Part shown: in pieces, positions 30,505-52,190 of the stretch
Layout: the number at the start of each line of letters is the position of its first letter
Numbering within the stretch: the stretch's first letter is position 1
NCBI RefSeq assembly: GCF_009914755.1
Contig: NC_060935.1
Strand: one strand, 5' to 3'
DNA length: 64,000 nt
Source: the human T2T-CHM13v2.0 reference genome, Homo sapiens
Notes under the pieces: model-generated
Seen by the model: only the letters and a program-made list of their open reading frames with translations
What the model was told of the DNA's origin: nothing
Databases searched by the model: none
Position numbers and translations under genes: made by a program

Positions 30505-31556
30505 TAATTGATATATGTTGACTCCTTCATCAACAACAGCAGCATATGCATGCTTCTCAAGCTTACATGGAACATTCACCAAGATAGTCCACGTTCTGGG
30601 CCATAAAACACACCTCAACAAATTTAAATTTATGTATACTTTCATATATATATGAAATTTTACAACATCTGCTCTCAGACCTCAATGGGATTAAACTTGA
30701 AATCAATACGGAAAGGTAGCTGGACAAAATCCCAAAATACTTAAATATCAAACAATGCACTTCTAAACATATGGGTCAAATAAGAAAGTCTCAAGAGAAA
30801 TGTTTAAAATTTTAAAAATCTTTTGAACTAAATGAAAGTGAAAATACAATTTATCAAAATCCATGGGATGCAGCAAAAGCAGTACTTAGAGGGAAGTTTA
30901 TAACATTAAAAGTGTATAGTAGAAAAGAAGAAAGATCTAAAATCAATCATCTAATCTTCCAACTTGGGAAACAAGATAAAGAACAATTTAAATCCAAAGC
31001 AAGCAGAAGAAATAAAAAATAAAAATTAAAGCAGAAGTCAATGAAATTGAAAACAGGAAATCAATAGAGAAAATTAATGACAACAAAAGCTGGTTCTTTG
31101 AAAAGATCAATAAAATTGATAAGCATCTAGCTAAGAAAAAAGAGAGATGACACAAATTACTAATATCAGAAATGAAATAGAGTACTACCCTATAGATCTC
31201 ACAGTCATTAAAAGGATAATGATATACTATGAACGACTCTATCTGATAACCTAGGTGAAATGGAACTATTCGTTGAAAGACACTGTCAGCCAAAATATCA
31301 CACAAGAAGATATAGATTATCTGAGTAGGCCTGTATCAAATTAAATCAATAATAACCTTTCAAAATGGAAAACAGTAGTCCCAGATGAGTTCACTGGTGA
31401 ATCCTACCAAACATTTAAGGAAAAAATTATACCAATTTTCTACAATCTCTTTCAAAGCTAGAAGCAGAGGGAGCACTTTCTAACTCATTCTAATGAGGCC
31501 AGCATTACTCCAATCCCAAAATCTGACAAAAACATTATAAGAAAACTACAAACCAT

Positions 31557-31845
31557 GGTCGGGTGCGGTGACTCACATCTGTAATCCCAGCACTTTGGGA
31601 GGCAGAGGTGGGTGGATCACCTGAGGTCAGGAGTTCAAGACCAGCCTAGCCAACAGGGTGAAACCCCGTCTCTACTAAAAATACAAAATTATCCAGGCAT
31701 GGTGGCACATGCCTGTAATCCCAACTCTTGAGAGGCTGAGGCAGAAGAATAGCTTGAACCTGGGAGGCAGAGTTTGCAGTGAGCTGAGACCATACCACTG
31801 CACTCCAGCCTGGGCGACAAGAGCGAAACTTTGTCTCAAAACAAA
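31557..31845 (+). mobile_element. AluS
   Basis: Full dimer inside L1 ORF2. Confidence 0.95.
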
Positions 31846-33914
31846 ACTAAAAACCAATATGTCTTATAAGCATAGATGCAAAAATCCTGAACAAAATATT
31901 ATCAAAGTGAATCCAACAATGTGTAAAAAGAACAATACACCATAACCAAGTGGAATTTATCCCAGGTATGCAAGGCCTTGATTTGAAAAGCACATGATCA
32001 CATACATGCAGAAAAAGCATTTGACAAAACCCAACACTCATTCATAATCAAGAAAGGGAAATTCTCAGCAAAGTGGAAACAGAGGGAAACTTTATCAACT
32101 TGATAAAGAACATCTGCAAAAAACCTACAGCTAACATTATACTTAATGGTGAGAAACTAGAAGCGCTCCTGCTAAGTCAGGAACAAGGCAAGAATGTCCC
32201 CTCTCACTACTTCTTTTCAATATCATACTTAAGTCCTAGCTAATGCAATAAGACAAGAAAAAGAAAATTAAAATATATATTAGGAAGGAAGGGCTAAAAC
32301 TATCTTTGTTCACAGAAAGCATGATTGTCTATGCAGAGAATCCCAAAGAATCAAAAACAACTCCTGAAACTAATAAGCAATTATAACAAAGTTTCAGGAC
32401 ATAAGGTTAATATACAAAAGTCGATCATTTTTCTATATACCAGCAATGAATAAATGGGATTTAAAACACAATACCATTTACATTAGCACCCCCCAAAATG
32501 AAATACTTAGATATAAATCTAACAAAATATGTGCAAAATCAATATGAGGAAAACTAGAAAACTGATGAAAGAAATCAAAGAGGAACTAAATAAATGGATA
32601 TTCCATGTTCATGAATAGGAAGACTCAAGTCTTCCCAACTTGATTTATAGATTCAGTAGAATCCCTATTAAAACCCAAGTAAGTTATTTCGTAGATAACA
32701 AAAAATTCATTCTGAGGCAAAAGACCCACAATAGCCAACACAATATTAAAGAACAAAGTTGGAGGCTGACACTACCAGACTTCAGCACTTACTACAATCC
32801 TGCAGTAAACAAGATAATGAAGTATTGATGAAAGAATAGACAGCTAGATAAATGAAACAGAATAGAGAGCCCAGAAACAGACCCCCATAAATACAGTCAA
32901 CTGATCTTTGATAATGCCGCAAAGGCAATTCAGTGGAGAAATGACAGTCTTTTCAACAAACAGTGATGTAACAACTGGACATCCACATGCAAAAAAATTA
33001 ACTTAGACACAGACCTTTACCTGTGACATATATTAACTCAAAATGGATTATAGACCTAAATGTAAAATGAAAAACTATAAAACTCCTAGAAGATAACGTA
33101 GGAGAAAACTTAAATGATCTTGGGTTTGGCAATGACTTTTGACATATAACACCAAAGACATGATCTATGAAAGAAATAATTGATAAGCTGAACTTTATGA
33201 AAATTAAAAACTTCTGCTAGTTAAAAGTCTTGTCAAGAGAATGAGAAGACAACCACAGACTGGGAGAAATTATTTGCAAAAGATAGCTGATAAAAGGGCT
33301 GTTATCTAACATATACAAAGAATATACAAAATATACAAAAAATGCAGCAATAAGAAAACAAACAGCCCTATTAAAAATGGGCTAAAGACCTTAATAAACG
33401 TCATAACAAAGAAAACATACAGCTGGCAAACCTTATATGAAAAAATACTCCCTATCATATGTCATTAGGGAAATGAAAATTAAAACAGTGAGATACTGTG
33501 AGTTAATAAGAGATAATACAGTGAGTTAATAAGAGATAACTCACTTATTAGAATGGCCAAAATTCAGATCATTGACAACATCAAGTGCTGCCAAATGTGT
33601 GAAGCAACAGAAACTCTCATTCATTCCGAGTGGAAATGCAAAATGGTATGGCCACTTTGAAAGACCAGTTGGCAGTTTCTTACAAAACTAAACATACTCT
33701 TACCATACTATACAGCAATTGCACTCCTTAATATTTACCAAAAGAGCTGAAAACTTATGTGCACACAAAAACTTGCACAGATGTTTATAGCAGCTTTATT
33801 TATAATTGCTAAATCTTGGAAGCAACCACGATGTCCTTTGGCATATGAATGAATAAATTAATTGTGGTATATCCAGGCAATGGAATGTTATTTATTGCTA
33901 AAAAGAAACGAACT

Positions 33915-34520
<606 letters not shown>

Positions 34521-35036
34521 GCAATGAACTATCAAACCATGGAAAGACATGGAGGAATCTTAAATGCTTATTACTAAGAGAATGAAGCCAACCTGAAAAG
34601 GCTACATATTGTGTGATTCCAACTATATGCCATTCTGGAAAAGGCAAAACTATAGAGATGGTAAAAAGGTCAGTTGTTGCCAGGAGTTGGGGGGAGGGAG
34701 CGGTGAATTGGCAGAAGAAGAGGATTAAACTATTTTATGAATAGTTTAGTGAAATAGGCAGTGAAAATATTTTATATGATACTACAATGGTGGATTCATG
34801 TTATTACACATTTGTCACGACCCATAGAACGTACAATACCAAGAATGACCTTAGTGTAAACTACAGGCTTTGGGTGATAATGATGTGTCAAGGTAGGCTC
34901 ATTGATTGTGATAAATGTACCACTCTGGTGTGGGATGTTAATAATGAGAGAGGCTGTGCACGTGTTGGGGGAAGGGGTTTATGGGAAATCTCTGTACCTT
35001 TTACTCAGTTTTGCTGTGAACCTCGAATTGCTCTTA

Positions 35037-35369
<333 letters not shown>

Positions 35370-35958
35370 TCAAAAAATCTGGATGAGAGATGATAATGGC
35401 TTAGGCAAGGGTATGGAAGTGGGGAGAAGTGATTGGATTCAGGATACGTTTTGAAATAAGAGCCAACAGAAATTGCCAGTGGGTTGGATATGCAGGATGA
35501 GGACAATGGAAGATTCAGCCTATAGCCTAGATCAGACAACATATGAAAAAGACTTCACATGGGGCCAGGCACATCATAGATACCCAGCAAACACCAAAAC
35601 TTCCGAAAATTTCAGAAGAGATGATGGTTCTTGTCAAGGTAATATGCTAATCAGATAATTCATGGGGGCTGGAGGTGAGTCGCACAGGAAGAGAATGGCC
35701 AATGTGCTATATTTTTTTTGTTGTCAGCTGCCCAGTTCCGGAAAGAGGAGAAAAATTGAAGTTGATACAGGAAAACAAATAAGAATGATTCATCCCAGGA
35801 ATGGTACATAATAATAAAGCCATAGGTAACACTTAGTAATTATGGTGGCAAAATTGGCTAGATGCGGAATGTGGCATTTTTCAAAGTCCTTTGATAGGCC
35901 AGCCTCTTCACTGCAGTGCTTTTAGCTTGAGGTAAATGAGATTTGTGTAACAGTGTGA

Positions 35959-36373
<415 letters not shown>

Positions 36374-36391
36374 CTATTCTCTCTAGTGCTA

Positions 36392-36772
<381 letters not shown>

Positions 36773-37096
36773 TCACTAGCTAAGGAGTCACAAACCAGGG
36801 ATGAAAACCAAACACAATGAACCTCCATAGCCCATGCATCTTCTGCTAGGCCACATTGTGTCACCTTATTGCTAACAATAGCCAGCCTTCACTGAGTACT
36901 TACCTCGTGTCAGGACCTGGTATTTTATAGCTGTTAATACAAACTATTATTATCCCCATTTTAAAGATGGGGAAATTAAGGCCTGGAGAAGTTAAGAAAC
37001 ACACAGTAGATTCCTTTGCTGGTAAGTTAGGACCCATGCAATGTAGTTCCAGGTTCCAGGGTCCATGATCTTATGTTTTTTCAAAAAGTATTTCTT

Positions 37097-38210
<1,114 letters not shown>

Positions 38211-38215
38211 AGTTT

Positions 38216-38609
<394 letters not shown>

Positions 38610-40639
38610 TCAAGGAACTAGAAACAGCAGTCTTTGGGGAAGACTCCAGATTGGGAATTGCTGTCTTTCCCTACTTCAATGAAGCCCTGAAGACTGGTTT
38701 CCTAGACTTAGCATAAGATTTTTCTTTACAGATCTCTTTGTCCTTGTAGGAAAAGCATCACTGGGTGAGAAGAAACAAACAGGCTGATCTTTTCTTTTTA
38801 ATCTTTGTTAATTTTAAAATTTATATTATGAAATGTTTGTCCCCATAAGAACCGGAAGGATTCTCTTTACTAGATCTTAAAATTCACAGATAAGTAATCC
38901 TGTAATGTGACTGTTCCTTCTCTCCTACTTTAGACAGCCAAATCTGGCTCTTGATATATAAAATTTACAGGAGAAAAACTTAAGTTTGGCTTGAGAAGTC
39001 TACAAGAATGGTTAGAAAGAGAAATATCCTGCATATAGTAGACACTCAATAAATGCTGAATTGGGCTGGAAGCCTTGGACATGCACCCTGGAGTAACAGA
39101 GGATGTCATGTACGTGTTTAACTACTGAAGCTTTCATTAACTGTGGCAGTGTTAAATACAGTCGACACTAATGAGGGGGAGTGGTGACCTGGATACACCA
39201 AAACAGAGGGAAATCCCAGATCAACTCTATTTAGTCTTGAAATACAGTCCATGATTTTTTTTTCCTGTAACAAAAGTACCTTTCCAATTCTGCTTGGCTT
39301 GGATGAATATTGCAATGAGCTTATCCTCCATGAGCCCACAGAGAAAATCCGCTGCATAAGGCAGTCGACCAACCAGATTTAAAAGTTACCAAGGAAATTT
39401 GAATTTGGACGTACTGGCTGGTATTAAGAAATTATTATTAGTTGCATTAAGTGTGATATGGATGTTACTTTCACTACGTAGGGAATATGTTCCTTTTTTC
39501 TTTTAAAGGTACATACTGGAATTAACAAATAAAAGTTACCATGGGCCATCTTCAAAAGGGACACTAAAGATTTGACTGTATTATAGCATTAAGTACCATT
39601 TACTGAAATTTTTTGGTGCAAACCAGTTTAGATACTTAATTTGAATCCTAAACAAACCTCTCTGAGGCAGCTGTCATTATCCCCATTTTACAGGTGAATG
39701 AACTGAGCCTCAGAGGCAGTAGTGACTATTCAATGTTTCTGTCCCAATTCTGCTTCAGGGAACCCCTCTCCCTCCCACTGGACACTATCATGATGCGACA
39801 GTCATGACACAGTCTCATCAACAATAGTCGAAGTACCAAGAGTCAAAGTGCCCTGCCCTGCTGCCCAGAGTGTGGTGTGGGACCCAGGCCTCTCATGTAA
39901 TCCACAATCTACATGACTAATATTCAGAGCAGAGATGGTGGAAACTCTGAGGACCTCATCCATCAGCCCTTTCTGAGGTCCAGAGCTTGAGCCTCCCCTG
40001 CTCAAGGCAGCCACATTAGTTTCTGTTACATGCAACCGAAGCACACTGACCAAGAGAGAAACATTACGTGACTGCCGCCAGACAGCCCAGCTAGTAAGTG
40101 GCAGAGTGAGGATCTGAACCCAGGGCTGTCTGATGTCAACGCCCCATGCTTCCTCTCAAGCAATATCCCTAAGGGGTCAAGTTCATGGGACTTGCAAGTC
40201 CTGACTTTGACTTTTCATGCCTTCTGCATCTTCCTTATAAAATTCTTACACACTTACCTCCATGTCTCTCTATGCACAGGTGTGTAATAATGCATCTCTG
40301 CACTATTGGAACTTTGGGTACCCAGCATTTAATTCAGTGATTGCTTTAATCCATATTCCCCCGAATAACAAGCTATGGAGGATAAAATTTACTGCTACTT
40401 TCACCATCTCTTTGTAAATAGAACAACATTGACAGAGAGGCATGAATAGGTCATCTGGTCCAACTTCCTGCCTCAAATAAATGCTGCCCTAAAATCAATA
40501 GAATTCAGTCATGTGACTGGAGTCACTTTTGCTATCATCATGATTACAAGTCTACTAACTAATGTCAGCCTTACAGAGCACCATGTGCTATTCTAATATA
40601 GAATGTGCTAAGTCCTAAAAAAAGACCGCAAGAGAGATC

Positions 40640-40870
40640 CTCAGCAGCCTTGGAGGGTAGTGGGAAGACCACAGGCTCTGCAGCCAAAAAGACACATCTC
40701 ATCCCAGCTGTGTGACTTTGGACAATTACCTACCTTCTCTGAGCCTCGATCTCCTCATCTGTAAAATGGGGATAATAATAGTGCCAACCTCACAGTGTTC
40801 TTGAGATGATTGTATCAGATGATAACTATCAGATGACAGTTAAACAGCTTGATACACTGTAGGAGCCAAT
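40640..40870 (+). mobile_element. MIR
   Basis: tgtgtgactttggacaattacctaccttctctgagcctcgatctcctcatctgtaaaatggggataataatagt. Confidence 0.85.
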
Positions 40871-41786
40871 CACGCCAGTACTTCCTTTCCTAAACAATTT
40901 AGGACAGTTGATCGCTTATGCCTATTTTTAAAGATCTCCAAGGAAGGAGAAACCATAGCATCCCTTGGTAGCTACTGCCTGTGTTTAACAACCCACTTAG
41001 ATGATGTGTGAATATAGCACAGAGGCCCACATCCAAGGAGCCTGACGCAGGCTGGGAGGCATGCCAAGCAGCTTGCTGGACTGCCACCCATCCTATACCT
41101 TCCCCCGCCATTGCCTCCTAAATATATATATCAGCTTAGCCATCCTTCCCGGGCCAACCTCTTCCTGGAAACCCTGTCTGATAATCCCCTGGTTTGGTAT
41201 GTTTTTGATTCTCAACCACTGTAGCACCTGTTGGCTGTAACATGCTTCAGGCATTTCCCAAAAACAGGCTGGTACTGGAACTATTTATTGAATGAATTCA
41301 TTAATTCAATAACTATCTATTGAATGCCTTGTACACTGCCAGGCAGCGTCCTAGGTACTGGCCATACGGCAGTGAACAAAACAGACGCGATCCCGCCCTC
41401 ATGAAGTTCTAGTGGGAGAGAGGAAACAGAAAATAAATATATACTAGGTCAGTTGATCAAAAGTGCGAGGGAGGAAACTGGAGCAGATTTGGAGGGTAGG
41501 GAGTGGCTGTTCTATAAGGGGATGGTTTGTGTGTGCTTGGCTCCTCGGGGAAACTGTAAGCTCCCGGAGAGTAAGAGGAGGCAATGGAGAGGAGTGGTTA
41601 GTGATGAAAGGTCTGGAGTCTGGATGACCTGGTTTAAATCTCTTCCCCTCCACATCCTAGCTGTGTGACAAGTTCCTAACTTCCTGAGTCTGAGTCTCTT
41701 CTGGAAAGTAGAGAAAGAACAGCATTGATCTCATGGTCACATTGTGAAGATTCAATGAAATCATGAATGCACAGTGTTCAGCACCA

Positions 41787-42090
41787 AAGTGGATTCACCC
41801 TGAAGCTAATGAAGCTTCAGGGACGCCCCCACCCACCCACACACACACACACTTGTGTGAGCCCCTTCCAAGGCCCTTGGAGGGGTCCTAGCAATGAATT
41901 GACCTATCTTGCAAAATATGTCAACAACGATCAGTTAAGACTACTGTCTCATCCTGCTTTGACTTTCCTTTGCATGCCAGATGGCATGGAGAGGACACAA
42001 GCCTTTCTTTTCATAATGTTGTCATCTTCTTAAAGAGGTTCCTCCCAAATGGCAGAAGCCTCAGGCTTCACAAAACTCGAATCCACTCCT
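41787..42090. mobile_element. hAT-Tip100 (Arthur1/MER69-like) transposon
   Basis: gtggattcaccctgaagctaatgaagcttcaggg...ccccttccaaggcccttggaggggtcctagcaatg; inverted end aatccac. Confidence 0.55.
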
Positions 42091-42261
42091 TCCCGGAATG
42101 GGGTGGCAGCTACTGTGGACATAACTGGATGTCTTTGTCTCTCTCAGAGTCTCCAGCCGAGTGACCAGCACAGAGCAGGTGTTCAGGAATTACATGATGA
42201 ATGAAGGAATGATGGATATCTAGAGCCTCAAACAGCAAGGGGCCTTAAAATGCCAACTGCC

Positions 42262-42560
<299 letters not shown>

Positions 42561-43633
42561 TGCCAACGGCCTCCCTTTCCTCCCTCTCCCACCCCCCAAA
42601 ATTGTTGGAGGACTATAAGGACAACTGAGAGATTTCTAGAAAAAGAACAGAATGAGCACTTGCCATAAAAGCGAATTCACCATCCTCTTGGGGATGCAGG
42701 GGTTGCGGGTCACCATCTGAGGATCTCCCCAGCATGCTGAGGAGTGGGGGCAGGTGCCAGGGTAGCCCCACTGCTGCCCTAAGACCTGGAAGAGAGGGCT
42801 TTGTGGAGCAGGACCACACACTTCCAGTGGGATTCCCACCTCCAAAGCCTGGTACTCGGGCCTCAGGACACTCTGGGACCTTCCTGGGTCATCATCAAGA
42901 GCCAGCCCCAGGGTCAGACCATTCTTATAATTAAGCTGAAAAGCTCTTGAAATCTCTACCCAGCATGGGAATGAGCTGTTCTCCCCTGCAAGGGTTGAAA
43001 ACAGCTCATGACCATCTTCCAAAGGAAAACCCTCCCTACTTGAAAGCAGTTATAAAATCATGCCTCAGCCTTTTGTTTCCCAGCCAAATGATGCCAATTA
43101 CTAATACCAAAGGGAGAGAACGTGACTCACTGATGTTCCCAGTCCTGACGGCTGACTGCCGTCAATTCCCTGGTCCCTAGAGTTCGCTCCGCTGTCTCTT
43201 TTCTGACCGTTCTCCACAGTCGTCACCAGAAAGTCACCCTCTCTTCTTGCTTTTCTCCAGGAGAGTTCTAGGACTTCCCAAGGCCCGTAGGTCCATTGGC
43301 AAGGTCACACCAAGTTCCTTTGCCCACATTCCGATTGGACTCAGAGGAGGACTTGATGGGAACGTCCTTGTGTGTGTTTGTGTGTACACAGGCACGTTTC
43401 CTCCTATCATCCATTAAACAGAGAATCTTCATCTGCCCTTGTCTGTCCCCAGTCTCTTGCCTTCCCCAGGTTGTGTTTCCCGGTCATATACTCGGCGGGT
43501 TTCCCTGCTCTTTCCTCATCATTCGGGGGACACAACAGCGAGAGGCAGCCCAGCATGGGCTGTCTCACTAAAGAACATTCTACTCAGAAAGAACTGGCCC
43601 TGAGCCCTTGGCTCCCAGAAGACCAAGGCCTCA

Positions 43634-44680
<1,047 letters not shown>

Positions 44681-44894
44681 TAAGAGGGGAGGAAGGGAGT
44701 CAGTGTGATCACACTTCCTCAGGGAAGCTTCCTCTGTGTTTCTCTCCCTTATACGTCCTCAGAGAATCATGACCCGGGCCCTTAGTTTCTTCCTTACCAT
44801 GCCCCCAGTGTCATAATCGCTCTGTAATTGCTCCATAATACCCTTATAATACCCTTGCCCTGCTGCATTCATAGAATCGTGAAAAGCCATCCGT

Positions 44895-46860
44895 TCATTA
44901 ATTCAGTCTTACCAAGTGCCTAGTATATGTTAGACAGGATTCTTTCACCAGAGAATACAATGGTGCACAAAAGAAAGCCCTGCCCCCAGGGAACTTCCAT
45001 TTGAACAGAAAAAGAGGCGATGAGCAAATAGACACATACACGTATGATAGGCTATTAGGCAGTGGTAAGTCCTGCAGAGACAAATAAAGCTGGATAAGGA
45101 CAAGTGTGGTGGCAGGGGGAGGGACAGCAGAAAAGGCCTTTCTGAGCAGGTGACATTTAAACAGAAACCCCAGTGAAATGCGGGAGCAAATCATGCAAAG
45201 ATGCATGGAAAGACTATTTCAGACAAAAGGAACAGCAAGGGCAAAGAAATGAACTTGGTAAGTACAAAGGCCCTGGGGCAGGAATGAACTTGGTAAGTCC
45301 AAAGAATGAACTGATGTGGCTGGCGTTGAGGCAGCAAATTGGGAAATGACCAATTGGGGCTGGAGGGACACGTAGACAACTCTTTTGATAAATTTTGCTA
45401 CAATAAGGAACACAGAGCTAGTGCAAAGAGCCAGGGAGCAATGAGTTCTACGGAAGGTGTTTCTGTTTTGGTTTGTGTTTTGTTTGAAGATGGTAAGTAT
45501 TACAGCATACCTGTGTGCTGAAAGGTAAAGCGCCATAGAGAGGGAGACGTCAGTGATTCATGAGAGAGATCATTTCATCAAAGTCCTTGAATAGGTGAGG
45601 GCAAACGGGATTCAGGACCCCAGGGGAGGGATGGGCATTGTACACGCATAAGGATGGTTTGCAATTTGCAATACGAGGGAGGGCAGGGCCTGCACATACA
45701 GCGGTTGGAAGTGGGTAAGTTTAGCAGTGGGTAATGAGCATTCTGAGGGCCTCTATTTTCTCCGTGAATAGGAAGATGAGATCATCAGCTGAGAACCAGG
45801 CAAGAGAAGGATATTAGAGTTAAAGAAAGAGAAGGTATAAAACGGCTTGAAGAGAGGCAGAGTGCCTGAGATACTGAAGTAGGATTGTTGGGCAATGCAA
45901 AAACAGCCACTTATTGGCAGACTTCAGTATAAAATGAGGCGTGTCTGGGCAGCTGTGGGTATTTTCTTCAAGCCATGTTCCAGTGCCCAGATGGAGGCAC
46001 GAAAAGTTAAGTTCTCCCTTGAGTTGAAGCAGGGTTGGGGTGTGGCAGATGAGTGCAGCAGGGCAAGAGTATTATAACGGTGTTACGGAGCAATTACAGA
46101 GCGATGAGGACACTGGGGCATAATGAGGAAATGAAGGGCCTGGGTCATGGGTGGTGAAGGACAGTGAAAAAGCGGTGGGGGGGTCAGTGGACTGAAGACC
46201 CCAACAGGGGTAGGAAATTGCTGAAATGGGAGTTCTAAGACAACTGAGTAAGGAATACCTGTGTCCACAGTCTAACAGGATGATTGAAAGGGAAACTTGA
46301 GCAGCGCTGTGGTTATGATGAGGTTTGTGTGGGGCTCTATGGCTAAGGTGGAGTGGAGGAGGCATCATGGCATGGAGGCATCAAGAATGGAGGCAAGGTG
46401 ACTAGGTGCGGTGGCTCATATCTGGAATCCCAGCACTTTCGGAGGCTGAGGTGGGTGGATCATCAGGTCATGAGATCGAGACCAGCCTGGCCAACACAGT
46501 GAAAACCCGTCTCCACTAAAAATACAAAAATTAGCTGGGCGTGGTGGCGCACACCTGTAATCCCAGCTACTCAGGAGGCTGAGGCAGGAGAATCACTTGA
46601 ACCCAGGAGGCAGAGGTTGCAGTGAGGCAAGATCGTGCCATTGCACTTCAGCCTGGACAACATAGTGAGACTCTGTCCCAAAAAGGAAAAAAAAAGAATG
46701 GAGGCAAGATGATGCGTGGCCATGTATGTGGATCTTAAATTCACCATGACAGTGACAGCAGGAGAGAAAGTCAGTGAGCCAGGTGGCCAAATTATCAATA
46801 AACACGTGAGCAGGCAGGTAAGACCACACAATAGACAATTTGACGACAGGTGCTCCCATT
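44895..46860 (-). mobile_element. Long L2 fragment, split by an Alu
   Basis: ttcattaattcag...aagtgcctagtatatg...gcaggtgacatttaaacag...gagatcatcagctgaga. Confidence 0.7.
46399..46695 (+). mobile_element. AluSc-like
   Basis: Full dimer; TSD aagaatggaggcaag. Confidence 0.95.
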
Positions 46861-47899
46861 TTTCATGTTTATATGATTATTTGGCTAATGTTGATTTCAC
46901 CTACTACACACATCACCCACTCTACACATCAGTAAGGAAGGGGCATGGCTGTTTGTGCTCACCACGTGATCCCTAGCATCTAGCTTAGCACATAATAGAT
47001 ACTTATTTAAAACTTCTTGAACAAATGCCTGAATACTGTTCTCTGGACTTGGAGAAAGAGAGAAGAGGGGAAGCGGGGATCCAATAATTGGCCCTTTTCT
47101 CTTGCCATTGAAGTCCTCAGCAGAGTCCCAATTTGCAGATACTTCTGTCAATGGTCATTCAACTACCGTTCACAAAATACCTCTTAAGTGCCAGGTCCTG
47201 TGCTATGCGCTTCAAAGAGAAGTAAGACTTGGTTGCTTTTGGAGATCTCTGAGTGTATCCAGGCAGACTAATGAATAAATAACTTCAATACAATGTGAAT
47301 AGAGCAATGACAGAGGTATGAGCAAAATGCTCCTAGACCGCAGAATCTGACTGCCTAGGGGACAAAGGAAAACTGTGGAGACAGGTAATGTCTGGAGAAT
47401 GAGGAGGGTCAGCTACCAAGACAGGTGGATGTCAGGCAAGGAACCAGTCTCTACAAAAGCATCAAGGATGGGGAAAGCTTGGCAAATTAAGAGGTCTGAT
47501 GAGGCTAGAAATTAAGACAAAAATGTCATCTGGCCTTTAGATTTATGTCAATTGGTTTGCAACAAGGATGTCTAGACAATTCAATGGAAAAAGAATGGTC
47601 TTTTTTTTAAATGGTGCTTGGACAACTGGATACCACACGGAAAAGGATGAAGTTGGACCCCTACTTCAAACCATCTACAAAAATTAACTCAAAATGGATC
47701 AAAGACATAAATGTAAAAGCTAAAACTACAAAAACTCTTAGAAGAAAACATAAGCGTAAATCTTCATGAGCTTGAATTAGGCAATGGTTTATTACATATG
47801 ACACCAAAAGCACAAACTAAAATGAAAAAACAGATAAATTGAACTTCATCAAATGTAAACACTTGTGCTTCAAAGGAGACCATCAAAAAAGGGAGAAGA

Positions 47900-48308
<409 letters not shown>

Positions 48309-48318
48309 TCAACAATAA

Positions 48319-48621
<303 letters not shown>

Positions 48622-48813
48622 CAGATAAACTATTTTTTAAATAGGCTAAGGATTTAAATATTTTTTTCTCCAAAGAAGATATACCAATGACCAGTAAACA
48701 AATGAAAAGATGCCCAAGATCATTAGTCAGTAGGGAAATGAAAATCATAACTACAGTGAGATGCCACTTCATACCCACTAGGATGGCTAGAATTAAAAAA
48801 AAAAATAGACATT

Positions 48814-49248
<435 letters not shown>

Positions 49249-49429
49249 CTCCTTATCTAATTATAATAATTGATGGTAGAAATTTTGGAAAATATAGAAA
49301 ATTGCAAAGAAGAAAATTAAAATCATCCGTAATCCTTCTAATTAAAATGTCTACTGGCATTTTAGTATATTTTTCTATGAGCAAACATCATTTTTAATAC
49401 CTTGTAAGAGGCTATCCAATATCATAAAT

Positions 49430-50324
<895 letters not shown>

Positions 50325-50454
50325 TCACAGATTACTTCTATTTTAATATAGTAAGGTTATTTCCAACTTTTCCCTATATAAATAATGGCATAATAAATAA
50401 GCTTTTATGAAAGCAAGAAGCTTTTTCACAGATGGGGTTATTTCCTTTGCTGCT

Positions 50455-50472
50455 TCTTTTGTTGTTGTTGTG

Positions 50473-50503
<31 letters not shown>

Positions 50504-50617
50504 GAGATAGGGTCTCCCTCTGTTGCCCAGCTGGTCTCAAACTTCTGGTCTGAGGCGATCCAACCACTTCTGCCTCCCAAAATGCTGGGATTACAGACGT
50601 GAGCCACTATGCCTGGT
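50455..50617 (-). mobile_element. FLAM / Alu left monomer
   Basis: Antisense monomer with (GTTTT)n tail. Confidence 0.85.
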
Positions 50618-50626
50618 CTCCGTTGC

Positions 50627-50933
<307 letters not shown>

Positions 50934-51139
50934 TCATTTGCTTCTTAGAAATGAAATCACTGGATCAAAGACTGAATATATTTAAGTTCTTGCTATGTAT
51001 TTTTGAACTGTATTCTAAAAGAGTTGGACAGCTTGCATTTCTATTAGTAATCAATGAGATTGCCTGTTTCACAGCATCCACATCAGCATCGAATATTATA
51101 CTTTTTAAAATTCTCCCTGTTTTATTGTCATTCTGATGG

Positions 51140-52190
<1,051 letters not shown>

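Noticed and set aside
39280-39351. Possible 72-nt minus-strand exon ending AAG|GTACTT
   Set aside because: Weak polypyrimidine tract and no recognisable product; cannot be supported without RNA data.
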